DNA of 64,000 nt from Rhizobium sp. NFR07 (GCF_900111905.1 NZ_FOKM01000019.1:57172-121171), one strand, 5' to 3'; shown: positions 51,477 through 62,155, numbered from the stretch's first letter. Made by a program: numbers and translations. The notes: a model not told the origin generated them from the letters alone.

Positions 51477-54005
51477 GTGCAAAAGGCCTCCATGCATGCG
51501 ATGGCGCATTTTGCGCTAAGAGAAAGCTTAAACGGTAGCTCCGACATGATCAGACTAATTGGATATTTCTTTGGTATGGCGTGCGTGCTCTTCCTGGGCG
51601 TCGCCGCAGCCGTTGCCATCTACTTGAGTGGCATGACCAAGGATTTGCCAGACTACGAAGTGTTGAGCAGCTACGAGCCGCCGGTCGCTACCCGCGTCCA
51701 CGCCGGCAACGGCGCGCTGATGACCGAATATGCACGCGAACGGCGTCTGTTCCTGCCGATCCAGGCCGTTCCTGACCGGGTCAAGGCTGCCTTTCTTTCC
51801 GCTGAAGACAAGAATTTCTACAATCACCCGGGCGTCGATATCTACGGCCTCGGTCGCGCCGTGATGCTGCTGGCGAGCGGTGGCCCGATGCAGGGCGGCT
51901 CGACGATCACCCAGCAGGTGGCGAAGAACTTCCTTCTGACGAACGAGCGCTCCTTCGAGCGCAAGATCAAGGAAGCGATCCTCTCCTTCCGCATCGAGCA
52001 GGCCTATTCGAAGGACAAGATCCTCGAGCTCTATCTCAACGAGATCTTCTTCGGCCTGAATTCCTACGGCATCGCCGGTGCGGCACTTACCTATTTCGAC
52101 AAGTCGGTGACGGAGCTCACGACGGCCGAGGCGGCTTATCTCGCCGCTCTGCCGAAGGGACCGAACAACTATCATCCGTTCCGCCACGAAAAGGCCGCCC
52201 TTGAGCGCCGCAACTGGGTCATCGACCGCATGGCGGAGAACGGCTACATCACCCAGGTGGATGCCGACGACGCCAAGAAGCAGCCGCTTGGCGCCCAGCA
52301 GCGTCGCGGTACCGGCACCGTTCTCGCGTCGGAATATTTTTCCGAGGAAGTGCGCCGCCAGATTATCGATCGTTACGGTGACAAGGCGCTTTACGAAGGC
52401 GGTCTTTCCGTCCGCACCTCGCTCGATCCCGATCTGCAGGTCATCGCCCGCAAGGTCCTGCAGAACGGCCTTCTCGATTACGATGAGCGCCGTGGCTATC
52501 ACGGCCCGGCCGCAACCATCGAAACTTCGCCGGACTGGGCCGTTTCGCTTGCGACCCTGATCGCCGACAACAAAGTGCCGGTCTTGCGCGACGTTCCCGA
52601 ATGGAAGATCGCCGTCGTGCTCGGCGTTTCTGCAACCGAAGTCGAGATCGGTCTTGAGCCGGAGAACGGCAGCAAGACGGATCCGGATCGCGAGACCGGC
52701 AAGATCTCGGCCGATGACATGAAGTGGGCGTATCAGGACTCGGAAGGCGAGCGCCGGACAGCGAAGGGACCCGATGGCGTCCTGAAGCCGGGCGATGTCA
52801 TCTATGTCGAAGCGCTTCAGCCGGGCGGCAGCGCCTATCGTCTGCGCCAGCCTCCGAAGGTCCAGGGCGGCTTCGTCGCCATGGACCCGAATACCGGCCG
52901 CGTTCTCGCCATGGTCGGCGGCTTCTCCTATTCCCAGTCCGAATTCAACCGCGCCACCCAGGCCAAGCGCCAGCCCGGTTCGTCGTTCAAGCCTTTCGTC
53001 TACGCGGCCGCGCTCGACAATGGCTACACACCGGCATCCGTCGTTCTGGACGCGCCGATCGAGATCGTCTCCGGCAATCAGGTCTGGCGCCCTTCGAACT
53101 ACGGTGAAAAGGATGGAAACGGTCCGGCGACGCTGCGTACCGGGATCGAGCTTTCTCGTAACCAGATGACCGTACGACTTGCCCAGGACATGGGCATGGA
53201 GCTGGTGGCCGAATATGCCGAGCGTTTCGGCATCTACGACAAGCTGGCCCCCTATCTGCCAATGGCCCTCGGGTCGGGAGAGACGACGGTCATGCGCATG
53301 GTTTCGGCCTATGCCGTCATCGCCAATGGCGGCAAGCAGATCAAGCCGACCATCATCGACCGAATTCAGGACCGTTACGGCAAGACGATCTTCCGTCACG
53401 AGGAACGGGGCTGCGAGGGCTGCAATGCCAGCGAATGGGCCAACCAGGAAGAGCCGACCCTGATTGACAATCGCGAGCAGGTCCTCGACCCGATGACGGC
53501 CTACCAGATCACCTCGATGATGGAAGGTGTCGTTCAGCGGGGCAGTGCCGCCGGCAAGATCCCGGTCAAGGACCGTTCCGTGGCCGGTAAGACAGGCACC
53601 ACCAATGATGCGAAGGACACCTGGTTCGTCGGCTTCACGCCGAACATCGTGGCGGGCCTCTATCTTGGTTTCGATACGCCTGCGCCGCTCGGAAACCGCG
53701 CGACGGGCGGAGGTCTCGCGGCCCCGATCTTCGGGGCATTCCTGGAGCAGGCCGCAAAGCGTATGCCGGCCGAAAAATTCCAGGTGCCGGAGGGCATGCA
53801 GTTCATCGCGGTCAATCGCAAGACCGGCATGATGGCCTTCGACGGCGAGCCCGACACCATTGTCGAGGCATTCAAGCCCGGCACCGGTCCGGCCGACGTC
53901 TTCCAGATTATCGGCGATGGCGAATACATGACCCAGGACCAGATTCTGGAATCCTCGCCGCAGACGCAGCAGGCGATCACCAACGGCCAATCCGGCCTCT
54001 ACTGA
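51477..54005 (+). CDS. mrcA: Penicillin-binding protein 1A (bifunctional transglycosylase/transpeptidase); start may be ATG 51546
   Basis: Transglycosylase motifs (EDKNFYNH, GGSTITQQ), transpeptidase SxxK (SSFKPF) and KTGT motifs. Confidence 0.85.
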   Translation: MQKASMHAMAHFALRESLNGSSDMIRLIGYFFGMACVLFLGVAAAVAIYLSGMTKDLPDYEVLSSYEPPVATRVHAGNGALMTEYARERRLFLPIQAVPDRVKAAFLSAEDKNFYNHPGVDIYGLGRAVMLLASGGPMQGGSTITQQVAKNFLLTNERSFERKIKEAILSFRIEQAYSKDKILELYLNEIFFGLNSYGIAGAALTYFDKSVTELTTAEAAYLAALPKGPNNYHPFRHEKAALERRNWVIDRMAENGYITQVDADDAKKQPLGAQQRRGTGTVLASEYFSEEVRRQIIDRYGDKALYEGGLSVRTSLDPDLQVIARKVLQNGLLDYDERRGYHGPAATIETSPDWAVSLATLIADNKVPVLRDVPEWKIAVVLGVSATEVEIGLEPENGSKTDPDRETGKISADDMKWAYQDSEGERRTAKGPDGVLKPGDVIYVEALQPGGSAYRLRQPPKVQGGFVAMDPNTGRVLAMVGGFSYSQSEFNRATQAKRQPGSSFKPFVYAAALDNGYTPASVVLDAPIEIVSGNQVWRPSNYGEKDGNGPATLRTGIELSRNQMTVRLAQDMGMELVAEYAERFGIYDKLAPYLPMALGSGETTVMRMVSAYAVIANGGKQIKPTIIDRIQDRYGKTIFRHEERGCEGCNASEWANQEEPTLIDNREQVLDPMTAYQITSMMEGVVQRGSAAGKIPVKDRSVAGKTGTTNDAKDTWFVGFTPNIVAGLYLGFDTPAPLGNRATGGGLAAPIFGAFLEQAAKRMPAEKFQVPEGMQFIAVNRKTGMMAFDGEPDTIVEAFKPGTGPADVFQIIGDGEYMTQDQILESSPQTQQAITNGQSGLY

Positions 54006-54114
54006 TCTGGCCCGAGTTTCCTTGCAGCCGGGTGCGGGCTTTACATCCGCTCCCGGCGCAACTATGTCCCACCGCATCTCCAATCCTTTAAGATTACAGA
54101 GAGAAGAATACGCC

Positions 54115-55246
54115 ATGCGCGCGGAAATGCTGAACGTTGTCGACGAAATCAAGCAGGCCATAAGCCTGCTGAGGAGGCATCTTTGACTGGGATCAGGCTG
54201 TAAGAAGACTGGACTGGTTGAACAACAAGGCCGAGGACCCAACCCTCTGGAACGACGCCCAGGAAGCCCAGAAGCTGATGCGCGAGCGCCAGCAGCTTGA
54301 AGAGGGCATCAACGGCGTCAAGGCCATGGAAGCCCAGCTTTCCGACAATATCGAGCTGATCGAGCTCGGCGAGGAAGAAGGCGACGAGGCGATCGTCAAG
54401 GACGCCGAAGAGGCGTTGAAGGCACTGAAGACCGAGGCCAATCGCCGCCAGGTCGAGGCCATGCTTTCCGGGGAAGCAGACAGCAACGACACCTATGTCG
54501 AAGTCCATTCCGGTGCAGGTGGTACCGAGAGCCAGGACTGGGCGAACATGCTGTTGCGCATGTATACCCGCTGGGCCGAGCAGCAGCGCTTCAAGGTCGA
54601 ACTGCTGGAAGTGCATGACGGCGAAGAAGCCGGCATCAAGTCCGCGACCATCCTGGTCAAGGGCCACAATGCCTATGGCTGGCTGAAGACCGAATCGGGC
54701 GTCCATCGCCTCGTTCGCATCTCGCCCTATGACAGCAACGCACGCCGCCACACGTCCTTCTCGTCCATCTGGGTCTATCCGGTGGTCGATGACTCGATCA
54801 ATATCGACATCAACGAGAGCGATTGCCGCATCGATACCTATCGTTCGTCGGGTGCGGGCGGCCAGCACGTCAACACGACCGACTCCGCGGTGCGCATCAC
54901 CCACATACCGTCGGGCATCGTGGTTGCCTGCCAGCAGGAACGCTCGCAGCACAAGAACCGCGCCAAGGCCTGGGACATGCTGCGTGCACGCCTCTACGAA
55001 GCGGAACTGAAGAAGCGGGAAGAGGCAGCCAATGCCGAAGCCGCGTCCAAGACCGATATCGGCTGGGGTCACCAGATCCGTTCCTACGTGCTGCAGCCTT
55101 ACCAGTTGGTCAAGGACCTGCGGACGGGCGTGGCCAGCACCGCGCCGGACGACGTACTGAACGGTGATCTGAACGAGTTCATGGAAGCGGCTCTCGCGCA
55201 CCGCATCAGCGGCAAGCCGGATGTCGACGTCGGCGACCTCGAGTAA
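54115..55246 (+). CDS. prfB: Peptide chain release factor 2, expressed via programmed +1 frameshift (join 54115..54183, 54185..55246)
   Basis: ORF0 MRAEMLNVVDEIKQAISLLRRHL then in-frame TGA within AGGAGGCAT CTT TGA C; +1 frame continues DWDQAV...; GGQ motif (SGAGGQHVNTTDSAVR). Confidence 0.9.
54166..54187 (+). promoter_or_regulatory. prfB autoregulatory +1 frameshift site (internal SD AGGAGG + CTT TGA C)
   Basis: Exact match to the canonical RF2 frameshift cassette. Confidence 0.85.
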
Positions 55247-55269
55247 CGACGATCGAACCGAGGATTGGA

Positions 55270-55300
55270 AAAGCCGGGCTCAAGCCCGGCTTTTTGTTTT
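55270..55300 (+). terminator. Rho-independent terminator after prfB
   Basis: GCCGGGCT-CAAG-CCCGGC followed by TTTTTGTTTT. Confidence 0.65.
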
Positions 55301-55406
55301 AGAGCAGTTCCAGCAAAAGTGCGTAGCGATTTTGCGTCCGGAGCTGCGTAAAATCAAAGAGTTAGCGCCGTTTCGCGTTTTGGAGAAGGGCAGAACGGCT
55401 CTAGGG

Positions 55407-56600
55407 TCATTCTGCAGCCGTCGCGCCTTCGCGGCTACGCAGCACGAAGACCGACAGCATCAGCGCTACGGCGGAACAGAGCGCGATGATCATCACCATC
55501 GGCCGCGCCGTGCCGTCGACCACCAGTCCGCCGAGACCGACGACCACGGCCGAGGTGACGAACTGGCCCATGCCCAGCATGGCGGATGCCGCGCCGGCAA
55601 TACGGCCATGGTGTTCGAGCGCGAGCACCGCGGCCGTCGGAATGATCAGGCCGAGAAAGCCGTAGCCGCCGAACAGGAAGGCCGCCATCACTTCCAGCTG
55701 GTCGAAGCCGAGCGACATCATCACGGCCATCATCACCATCATCGAGGAATAGCCGATGGTGGCGCCACGGATCACCCGGCGCAGCCCGATCCGGCGTGAC
55801 AGCCAGCCGTTCAGCTGCGACATGCCGATGAAGGCGACGGCATTGATGGAGAAGACGATGCTGTAGAAGGACGGCGACAGCCCGTAATGTTCGATCAGCA
55901 CGAAGGACGAGTTGGCGACATAGATCATGTAGCTCGCCATGCCGAAGGAAGCGATCAGCACCAAGCCGACAAAATAGGGATCGCGCAGCAGCGTGCCGTA
56001 GGAGCGCAACGCGCCGGCGACGCTGCTCTCGCTGCGCGCCGCGGGCGGGCGGGTTTCCTCCAGGAAGAACAGCAGGACGGCAAGTCCGGCAAAGCCGGCC
56101 ACGACCATGACCCAGAAGATCAGCCGCCAGCTTCCGAAGGCCGAGACGATGCTGCCGGCGAGCGGCGCGAGGATCGGCGAGACGCTGAAGACAAGAAGCA
56201 GGCGGGACATCAGCTGGGCGGCTGCCGGCCCGGTATGAAGGTCGCGGACGATGGCGCGCGAAATGACGATGCCCGCGCATCCGCCCATGCCCTGCAGGAA
56301 GCGGCAGGCGACCAGCCAGTCGATCGAGGGGGAAAGCGCACAGCCGACGCTGCCGATGACGTAGAGCGCAAGCCCGACATAGAGCGGCAGCTTGCGGCCG
56401 ACCATGTCCGAGACCGGGCCATAGATGATCTGTGAAGCGGCCATGGCCGCGAAGAAGGAGATAAGGCTTGCCTGGACGGCGTGACTGTCGGCCTGCAGGT
56501 CGCGGCTGATCGAGGGCAGGGCCGGGAGATACATGTCGAGCGCGAAAAGCCCGACGGCGGAAAGCAAGCCAAGGGACAATGCGTGGGGAGGAGCTCGCAT
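55407..56600 (-). CDS. MFS efflux transporter (Bcr/CflA drug-resistance family-like)
   Basis: 12-TM MFS; likely start ATG 56600 (ORF-track start 56750 is an upstream extension); divergent from a TetR gene. Confidence 0.75.
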   Translation of the reverse strand: MRAPPHALSLGLLSAVGLFALDMYLPALPSISRDLQADSHAVQASLISFFAAMAASQIIYGPVSDMVGRKLPLYVGLALYVIGSVGCALSPSIDWLVACRFLQGMGGCAGIVISRAIVRDLHTGPAAAQLMSRLLLVFSVSPILAPLAGSIVSAFGSWRLIFWVMVVAGFAGLAVLLFFLEETRPPAARSESSVAGALRSYGTLLRDPYFVGLVLIASFGMASYMIYVANSSFVLIEHYGLSPSFYSIVFSINAVAFIGMSQLNGWLSRRIGLRRVIRGATIGYSSMMVMMAVMMSLGFDQLEVMAAFLFGGYGFLGLIIPTAAVLALEHHGRIAGAASAMLGMGQFVTSAVVVGLGGLVVDGTARPMVMIIALCSAVALMLSVFVLRSREGATAAE

Positions 56601-56769
56601 TGGATAATACCTTTCTCGTCGCCAAACTATCGCTCGAGGCGATAGGGCGAAACACGAATATGGGAGATGAAACAGGTGGCATGCCGGCTGTCTCGCGAGG
56701 AAATGCCTAGTCACGTCCATAATGTTGGACACAATTGTCCAATTCGTCAATGCCTGCTATGGGCAGATC

Positions 56770-57423
56770 ATGAACGTTTCATCTGTAAACCCCGCAAACG
56801 TGATCGACGGCTGGCCGCCCGCGACCAGCAAGCGCCAGGCTATTCTGAACGCTGCAGCCGACATTTTTGCCGAGGACGGATTTGCCGGCGCCAGCATCGA
56901 CGCGATCGCCGTAAGGGCAGGGGTGTCCCGCCAGACGGTCTATAACCAGCTGGGCGACAAGGATAATCTCTTCAAGGTGGTGGTTTCCGAGATCACCGAC
57001 CGGTCGAGTGCCGGTTTCTTCCGCGTGCTCGACACCTTTCCCGTGGCGCCCGAGAACCTGGAGGAAGAGCTGGCCGCTTTTTCCGGCCAGCTGTTGCGCA
57101 AGGCGATCTGCGATCCGAACGGCCGCTGGCTGCGCAAGCTGGTGGAAACCGAGGGAACCCGCTTTCCAGAACTGTTCGAGACCTGGCGGGAATACGGGCC
57201 GGGCAAGAAATATCCGGCGATTGCCGCGCGGCTGGCGCAGCTCGCCCATGGCGGCTATCTGGATATCGACGATCCGGCGCTCGCCGCCCGCCAATACATG
57301 GCGCTACTGGCGATGGATCTTCGGCTCAATCAACAGATCGGCCGCCCGACGCCCGAATCGGAAATCGATCGAATGGCGGCTGCGGCGACACGCACCTTCA
57401 TCAGGGCCTTCGGCAAGCGCTGA
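56770..57423 (+). CDS. TetR family transcriptional regulator (divergent partner of the MFS efflux gene)
   Basis: HTH AILNAAADIFAEDGFAGASIDAIAVRAGVSRQTVYNQ. Confidence 0.8.
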   Translation: MNVSSVNPANVIDGWPPATSKRQAILNAAADIFAEDGFAGASIDAIAVRAGVSRQTVYNQLGDKDNLFKVVVSEITDRSSAGFFRVLDTFPVAPENLEEELAAFSGQLLRKAICDPNGRWLRKLVETEGTRFPELFETWREYGPGKKYPAIAARLAQLAHGGYLDIDDPALAARQYMALLAMDLRLNQQIGRPTPESEIDRMAAAATRTFIRAFGKR

Positions 57424-57444
57424 GCGCAGCCACTCTCCGGCGGA

Positions 57445-58218
57445 TCAGTTGTTGAACTGCTCGGCGAGGATGCGATCCGACCAGGAATGGTCGGGATCGG
57501 AGAGAATGCGTGCGGTAATGTCCGTCGATTGGGCGATGCGCACATGCAGGACGGATTTGACCTCGACATTGTCCGCGACCGCGTTGACCGGCCGTTTTTC
57601 CGGCTCGAGGATCTCGATATCGACGCAGACCCGGTTCGGCAGAAGGGCGCCGCGCCAGCGTCTTGGCCGGAAGGCGGAGACCGGTGTCATCGCCAGAAGC
57701 GGCGCTTCGAGCGGCAGGATCGGGCCGTGGGCTGAAAGATTGTAGGCGGTCGATCCCGCCGGTGTCGCGACCATCAATCCGTCGCAGATCAGTTCCGCCA
57801 GGCGCACATGGCCATCGATCTCGACCTTCAGCTTCGCCGCCTGATAGGACTGGCGAAACAGGTAGACCTCGTTGATCGCCAGTGCATCGGCGGTGACGCC
57901 ATCGGCAGTGGTCGTCGTCATCTTCAGCGGGTGGAATTCGTTCTCGACGGCCGCCGAAATGCGCGCGGGCAGGTCGTCGATATTATAGTCGTTCATCAGG
58001 AAGCCGACCGAGCCGCGGTTCATGCCGTAGACCCGCGGACCCGAATCGATCGTCTCGTGCAGGGTCTGCAGCATGAAACCGTCGCCGCCGAGCGCGACGA
58101 TCACGTCCGCCTCGTTAACCGGGACAGTGCCGTAGCGCCCGACCAGAACTTCGAGGGCGGCCTGCGCATCCGGCGCGGTGGAGGCAATGAACGAGAGTGT
58201 CTCGCATTTGAAGGACAT
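57445..58218 (-). CDS. nadK: NAD(+) kinase
   Basis: GGDGFML motif and NAD kinase fold; start ATG 58218 (longer ORF would run into tRNA-Thr). Confidence 0.8.
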   Translation of the reverse strand: MSFKCETLSFIASTAPDAQAALEVLVGRYGTVPVNEADVIVALGGDGFMLQTLHETIDSGPRVYGMNRGSVGFLMNDYNIDDLPARISAAVENEFHPLKMTTTTADGVTADALAINEVYLFRQSYQAAKLKVEIDGHVRLAELICDGLMVATPAGSTAYNLSAHGPILPLEAPLLAMTPVSAFRPRRWRGALLPNRVCVDIEILEPEKRPVNAVADNVEVKSVLHVRIAQSTDITARILSDPDHSWSDRILAEQFNN

Positions 58219-58450
58219 GGACTGGCCTTTGACGGTGCTGCCTTGGACGCCCGCTGGCGGGCTTGATGAACGCCTTGGGTCCTTGAGGTCCGCAGCGGAG
58301 AACTTGGTACAGGAAAAGGCGCCGCATCGACAAGCCGCCCGGCGCGGCGAATTGCAGCATCCTGCTGATATGACTTGGGCCAATTCGGTGAAAGTCGGAC
58401 ATTTTTGCTTTACAGCAAGAGAAAATATGGTAACTCCCGCAATCACGGAT

Positions 58451-58525
<75 letters not shown>

Positions 58526-58642
58526 GTTTTTCTCGGATTTCACGAACGATAAATTCTACGCTGGCGGCGTGTCGGCTCCTTCCGCGCACGGAACCAATCC
58601 CTATATGGCGGCATTGAACTCCAAACTACGAGGAGAATTCCA

Positions 58643-59146
58643 ATGCGCATCCTAGCTGCATCCGCCCTGATCGTATCCGCTCTCGCTGCGCCGAGTGCGC
58701 AGGCGTCCGAAGCGGATTTCCTGAAATCGATCGAAGGCAGCTGGAATGGCGGGGGCAAGGTGCTGAGAAGCATCGGCGGTGAGAGCGTCAATGTGAAATG
58801 CAGCATGCAGTCCGATGCCAGTGATGCCAGCTATTCGATGAACGGATCCTGCAGGGCGCTTGTCGTCATCAAGCGCGGGTTCAATGCCAGCGTCAAAGCC
58901 GCCGGTAATGCCTATTCGGGCACCTATACCGGGGCGTCCGGCAAGCCGTCTTCGCTGAGCGGCAGCCGGGATGGCAACACGATCAGCTTCGATGTCACAT
59001 GGGCAAACGAGGAATACGGTGATCGCAAGGCGACCATGACGATCCAGAAGGTCGGCGATGATGGCCTGCGCATTCGCACCATCGACCGCGACCCATCTTC
59101 CGGCAAGTCCGTCGTCACGACCGATCTGCAGATGCGACGGAGCTGA
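58643..59146 (+). CDS. Secreted hypothetical protein (167 aa)
   Basis: Signal peptide (MRILAASALIVSALAAPSAQA); Gly/Ser-rich mature part; terminator follows. Confidence 0.5.
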   Translation: MRILAASALIVSALAAPSAQASEADFLKSIEGSWNGGGKVLRSIGGESVNVKCSMQSDASDASYSMNGSCRALVVIKRGFNASVKAAGNAYSGTYTGASGKPSSLSGSRDGNTISFDVTWANEEYGDRKATMTIQKVGDDGLRIRTIDRDPSSGKSVVTTDLQMRRS

Positions 59147-59192
59147 TTGAGCCGGTATCTTAAAAGAGAAAGCCGCCGAAGCGGCCATCGTG

Positions 59193-59226
59193 CAGCGCCG
59201 GTCTCCGGCGCTGCTTTGCGTTTTGG
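59193..59226 (+). terminator. Rho-independent terminator
   Basis: GCAGCGCCGG-TCTC-CGGCGCTGC then TTTGCGTTTT. Confidence 0.55.
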
Positions 59227-59250
59227 GAGAGCCTAGCTCCCCGCCTTGTC

Positions 59251-59376
59251 TTATTTGATCGATCCCGTCAGGACCGGATCTATCGTCTTGAGCTCATCCC
59301 AGGCGACGGAGACGCCGAGCATCAGAATGGCAATAATGGGAATAGCAAACAGCACGACGCCGCCGTTGATACGCAT
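59251..59376 (-). CDS. Possible small membrane protein (41 aa: MRINGGVVLFAIPIIAILMLGVSVAWDELKTIDPVLTGSIK)
   Basis: Single strongly hydrophobic helix; competes with a less protein-like plus-strand ORF 59246..59464. Confidence 0.3.
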   Translation of the reverse strand: MRINGGVVLFAIPIIAILMLGVSVAWDELKTIDPVLTGSIK

Positions 59377-59516
59377 GACCAACTCCACACATCTAGTCAC
59401 TGCGGAGGACCATGGGCGGCCAGGTTTAATGATTCGTAAACTTGTGCCGATTTCGAACAGTTAACGTCCCGTTAGCTGGGGATATTTTGTCGGTGCTGCT
59501 GATTTGACTGTGTAGA

Positions 59517-60317
59517 TCAAGTGATGGCACGGCCGCCGGGGCAGCGCGCGACGAAGTCCGGATTGGCAAAATCGACCTCACCGGCCCGTCCGGTCTTGCC
59601 GTAACGCAGCGGTTTGCCCTTCAGGTCGACCGTCATGCCGCCGGCAGCGCGAAGCACGGCGTCACCTGCGGCCGTGTCCCATTCCATCGTGCGCCCGAAG
59701 CGCGGATAGATGTCGGCGGCGCCCTCGGCGATCAGGCAGAATTTCAGCGAGGAGCCGATACTGCGGATTTCGGACGCGCCGCAGCGGCTGAGAAAGTCGT
59801 CCGTCTCGGGTGATCGATGAGACCGACTGGCGAGTGCGATGGCCGGGCTCGCCATCGTCCGTGCCAGCATCGGCTCGCGGCGGATGACACTGAAATTCTC
59901 GTCGATCCAGAGTTTGCTCGCGCCACCTGCATCACCGGCATAGGCGACGCCGAGCGCCGGGGCATAGACGAAGCCGGCCACCGGCTCTCCGTCCCGGATG
60001 AGCGCTATGTTGACGGTGAAGTCGTCCTTGCCTGCAATGAATTCCTTCGTGCCGTCCAGAGGGTCGACGAGCAGAAAGGCATGCCCGGTCAAGGCCGGCA
60101 CATGGCCCGCCGCTGCCGCTTCTTCGGCGACGATTGGGAAATCCGCGCAGTTGCGGCGCAGCTCGGCCAGGATGACGGCCTCGGCGCGCTCGTCCGCTTC
60201 CGTTACCGGCGAGGCATCGGCCTTGTAGCGCGCTTCCGGGCCGGCCGCGTAGATTTCGAGAATCGGCGGTCCCGCCAGAAGCGCTGCGCGCTCGAATGTT
60301 TCAAGAATTGGGGACAT
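59517..60317 (-). CDS. Inositol monophosphatase-family phosphatase, CysQ-like 3'(2'),5'-bisphosphate nucleotidase
   Basis: DPLDGTKEF and WDTAAG motifs. Confidence 0.7.
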   Translation of the reverse strand: MSPILETFERAALLAGPPILEIYAAGPEARYKADASPVTEADERAEAVILAELRRNCADFPIVAEEAAAAGHVPALTGHAFLLVDPLDGTKEFIAGKDDFTVNIALIRDGEPVAGFVYAPALGVAYAGDAGGASKLWIDENFSVIRREPMLARTMASPAIALASRSHRSPETDDFLSRCGASEIRSIGSSLKFCLIAEGAADIYPRFGRTMEWDTAAGDAVLRAAGGMTVDLKGKPLRYGKTGRAGEVDFANPDFVARCPGGRAIT

Positions 60318-60416
60318 GTGGATGAATATCGTTACGGTCCATCCCCAATGCCACGTTTTGCCGTGGCGGACCAGTCCGACAATCCATAGGTCCGGGCGAA
60401 ATGCCTGAACGGGCGA

Positions 60417-61022
60417 TCAGTGCGCCTGGCGACCGGTCCCGCGTGCTATACCGAACCCGAACAGACCGCCAATGCTCCTGCCGGATGCCCGACCGATCTG
60501 GCCGAGCAGGCTGATGAGACGGCCGAACAGCTCGCGCAGGCTTTCGGACGGCTCTGCGCCGAGGGAAAGTCCTCTTCGCGAGGAGAGTGGAGGAGGGACC
60601 CTGTAGCCTTCCGCCTCGCTCGTGCCGTCGTCATCAGAAGAGGCCGCCCGCAGCCGGATCATGTCGGCCAGCCCGACGGGAGGCTCATCCGCCTCTGCCT
60701 GCTTCGGTGTCAGATCCCAGCGTTCATTGAGAAAGGTCTCGGGCTGTATCCTGTAGCCGGCCTCGAATGCGGCCTCGATGAAGTTGGCGCGCGCCAGGCC
60801 TATATCCGATTGGCCGGACAGGACATCGCGGCAGGTCATCACGGCAGCGATATGCGCCTGCGTTCGCTTCGTCGGCCAGGCCCCGATCAGCATCAGCGCC
60901 GCATCGACCGTGCCCGCGATGATGACCGATCCCGGCCGTCCGTACATTTCGAGCACTACGGGCTTCTTCCAGACACCTCGTTCCATGTGCATCTCCTGCA
61001 ATCCACAGTAGGAGATAGACAC
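60417..61022 (-). CDS. DUF982 domain protein with ~100-aa Ser/Gly/Arg-rich C-terminal extension
   Basis: N-terminal ~95 aa (VWKKPVVLEMYGRPGSVIIAGTVDAALMLIGAWP…) match the rhizobial DUF982 family. Confidence 0.55.
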   Translation of the reverse strand: MSISYCGLQEMHMERGVWKKPVVLEMYGRPGSVIIAGTVDAALMLIGAWPTKRTQAHIAAVMTCRDVLSGQSDIGLARANFIEAAFEAGYRIQPETFLNERWDLTPKQAEADEPPVGLADMIRLRAASSDDDGTSEAEGYRVPPPLSSRRGLSLGAEPSESLRELFGRLISLLGQIGRASGRSIGGLFGFGIARGTGRQAH

Positions 61023-61078
61023 GCTAAGCTTGCGCCGGGATGGATTATTAGTGAATCCTAATTATTTGATCGCGCGGG

Positions 61079-61957
61079 CTACGCCTTGCGGATCAGGTGC
61101 TGCCGTGTGGCATAAAGCGCGATGGCGGCCGCATTCGAGACGTTGAGCGACTTGATCGCGCCCGGCATGTCGAGCCTGGCGAGCGCGCTCACCGTCTCGC
61201 GGGTCTTCTGCCTGATGCCCTTGCCCTCCGAACCCAAAACCAGCGCGACGCGGTCGCCTGCGAGCGTCTCTTCGAGCGGTGCCGGACCTTCCGAATCAAG
61301 TCCGATGGTGCTGAAGCCGAGCTTGTGCAGCTCGCCCAGCGCGTCCGCCAGATTGGTGATCTGGATATAGGGAATGAGTTCCAGCGCGCCGGAGGCGGAT
61401 TTGGCCAACACGCCGGATTCGGTCGGGCTATGTCTCTGGGTGGTGATCACGGCGCCGGCGCCGAATGCCACGGCCGACCGCATGATCGCGCCGACATTGT
61501 GCGGATCGGTCACCTGGTCGAGCACGAGAAGCAGCGGGCTTTCCTGCAGCGCTTCGAGCCGGCGCACGGGAAGCGGCCGGGTTTCCAGCATCACGCCCTG
61601 ATGGATCGCCTCGGGGCCGAGTACCTTGTCGATATCCTGCGGCGAGACGAATTCGACCGGGAAGGGCAGGGCGGTCGACTCGCCGATATCGAGACGCACG
61701 AAGGCGTTCTGCGTTACCGACAGCTTGATCAGCTTGCGCTCGGGATTGTCGAGCGCTGCACGCACGGTATGCAGTCCATAAAGAAAGACCTGGTCTTGCT
61801 GCAGCTGCGGCGGCTTCCAGTCCTTGTTGGATTTCTGCCGCTTCTCCTGGGGCGTCGGAATTTCGCCGCGCTCGCGCTTGGCGTCGCGTACATTACGCCT
61901 CAGCGTGGCGTAATGGGTATCGCGGGCGGATTTGTCTTTTGGGTCTTTCGTGCTCAT
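61079..61957 (-). CDS. rlmB: 23S rRNA (guanosine-2'-O)-methyltransferase RlmB (SpoU/TrmH family)
   Basis: SPOUT motifs (LVLDQVTDPHNVGAIMRSA, LVLGSEGKGI). Confidence 0.8.
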   Translation of the reverse strand: MSTKDPKDKSARDTHYATLRRNVRDAKRERGEIPTPQEKRQKSNKDWKPPQLQQDQVFLYGLHTVRAALDNPERKLIKLSVTQNAFVRLDIGESTALPFPVEFVSPQDIDKVLGPEAIHQGVMLETRPLPVRRLEALQESPLLLVLDQVTDPHNVGAIMRSAVAFGAGAVITTQRHSPTESGVLAKSASGALELIPYIQITNLADALGELHKLGFSTIGLDSEGPAPLEETLAGDRVALVLGSEGKGIRQKTRETVSALARLDMPGAIKSLNVSNAAAIALYATRQHLIRKA

Positions 61958-62155
61958 GCCGCCTTATATCGATGAGTGCCTTTCCGGCAAAGCCCTCTCG
62001 GACGGACTGAGCTGGGGATTGATATTTTTTCGTCATTTTTCCAATAAGGTCGTGTTGACAGAAGGAAACGAGGCGGTCATATACGCGGCGCAGATCGAGG
62101 GGCGGCAACGCAAAACGGTCTGACGAACTTGGTCTCACGATCCAGACGGAATACT

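Noticed and set aside
51555-54242. 895-aa minus-strand ORF
   Set aside because: Antisense to mrcA (PBP1A).
54149-55201. 350-aa ORF on the minus strand
   Set aside because: Lies entirely antisense to prfB, whose product has unmistakable RF2 motifs; high-GC antisense frames stay open by chance.
58219-58446. N-terminal extension of the nadK ORF (to 58446)
   Set aside because: Would overlap tRNA-Thr; the internal ATG at 58218 gives a normal-length NAD kinase.
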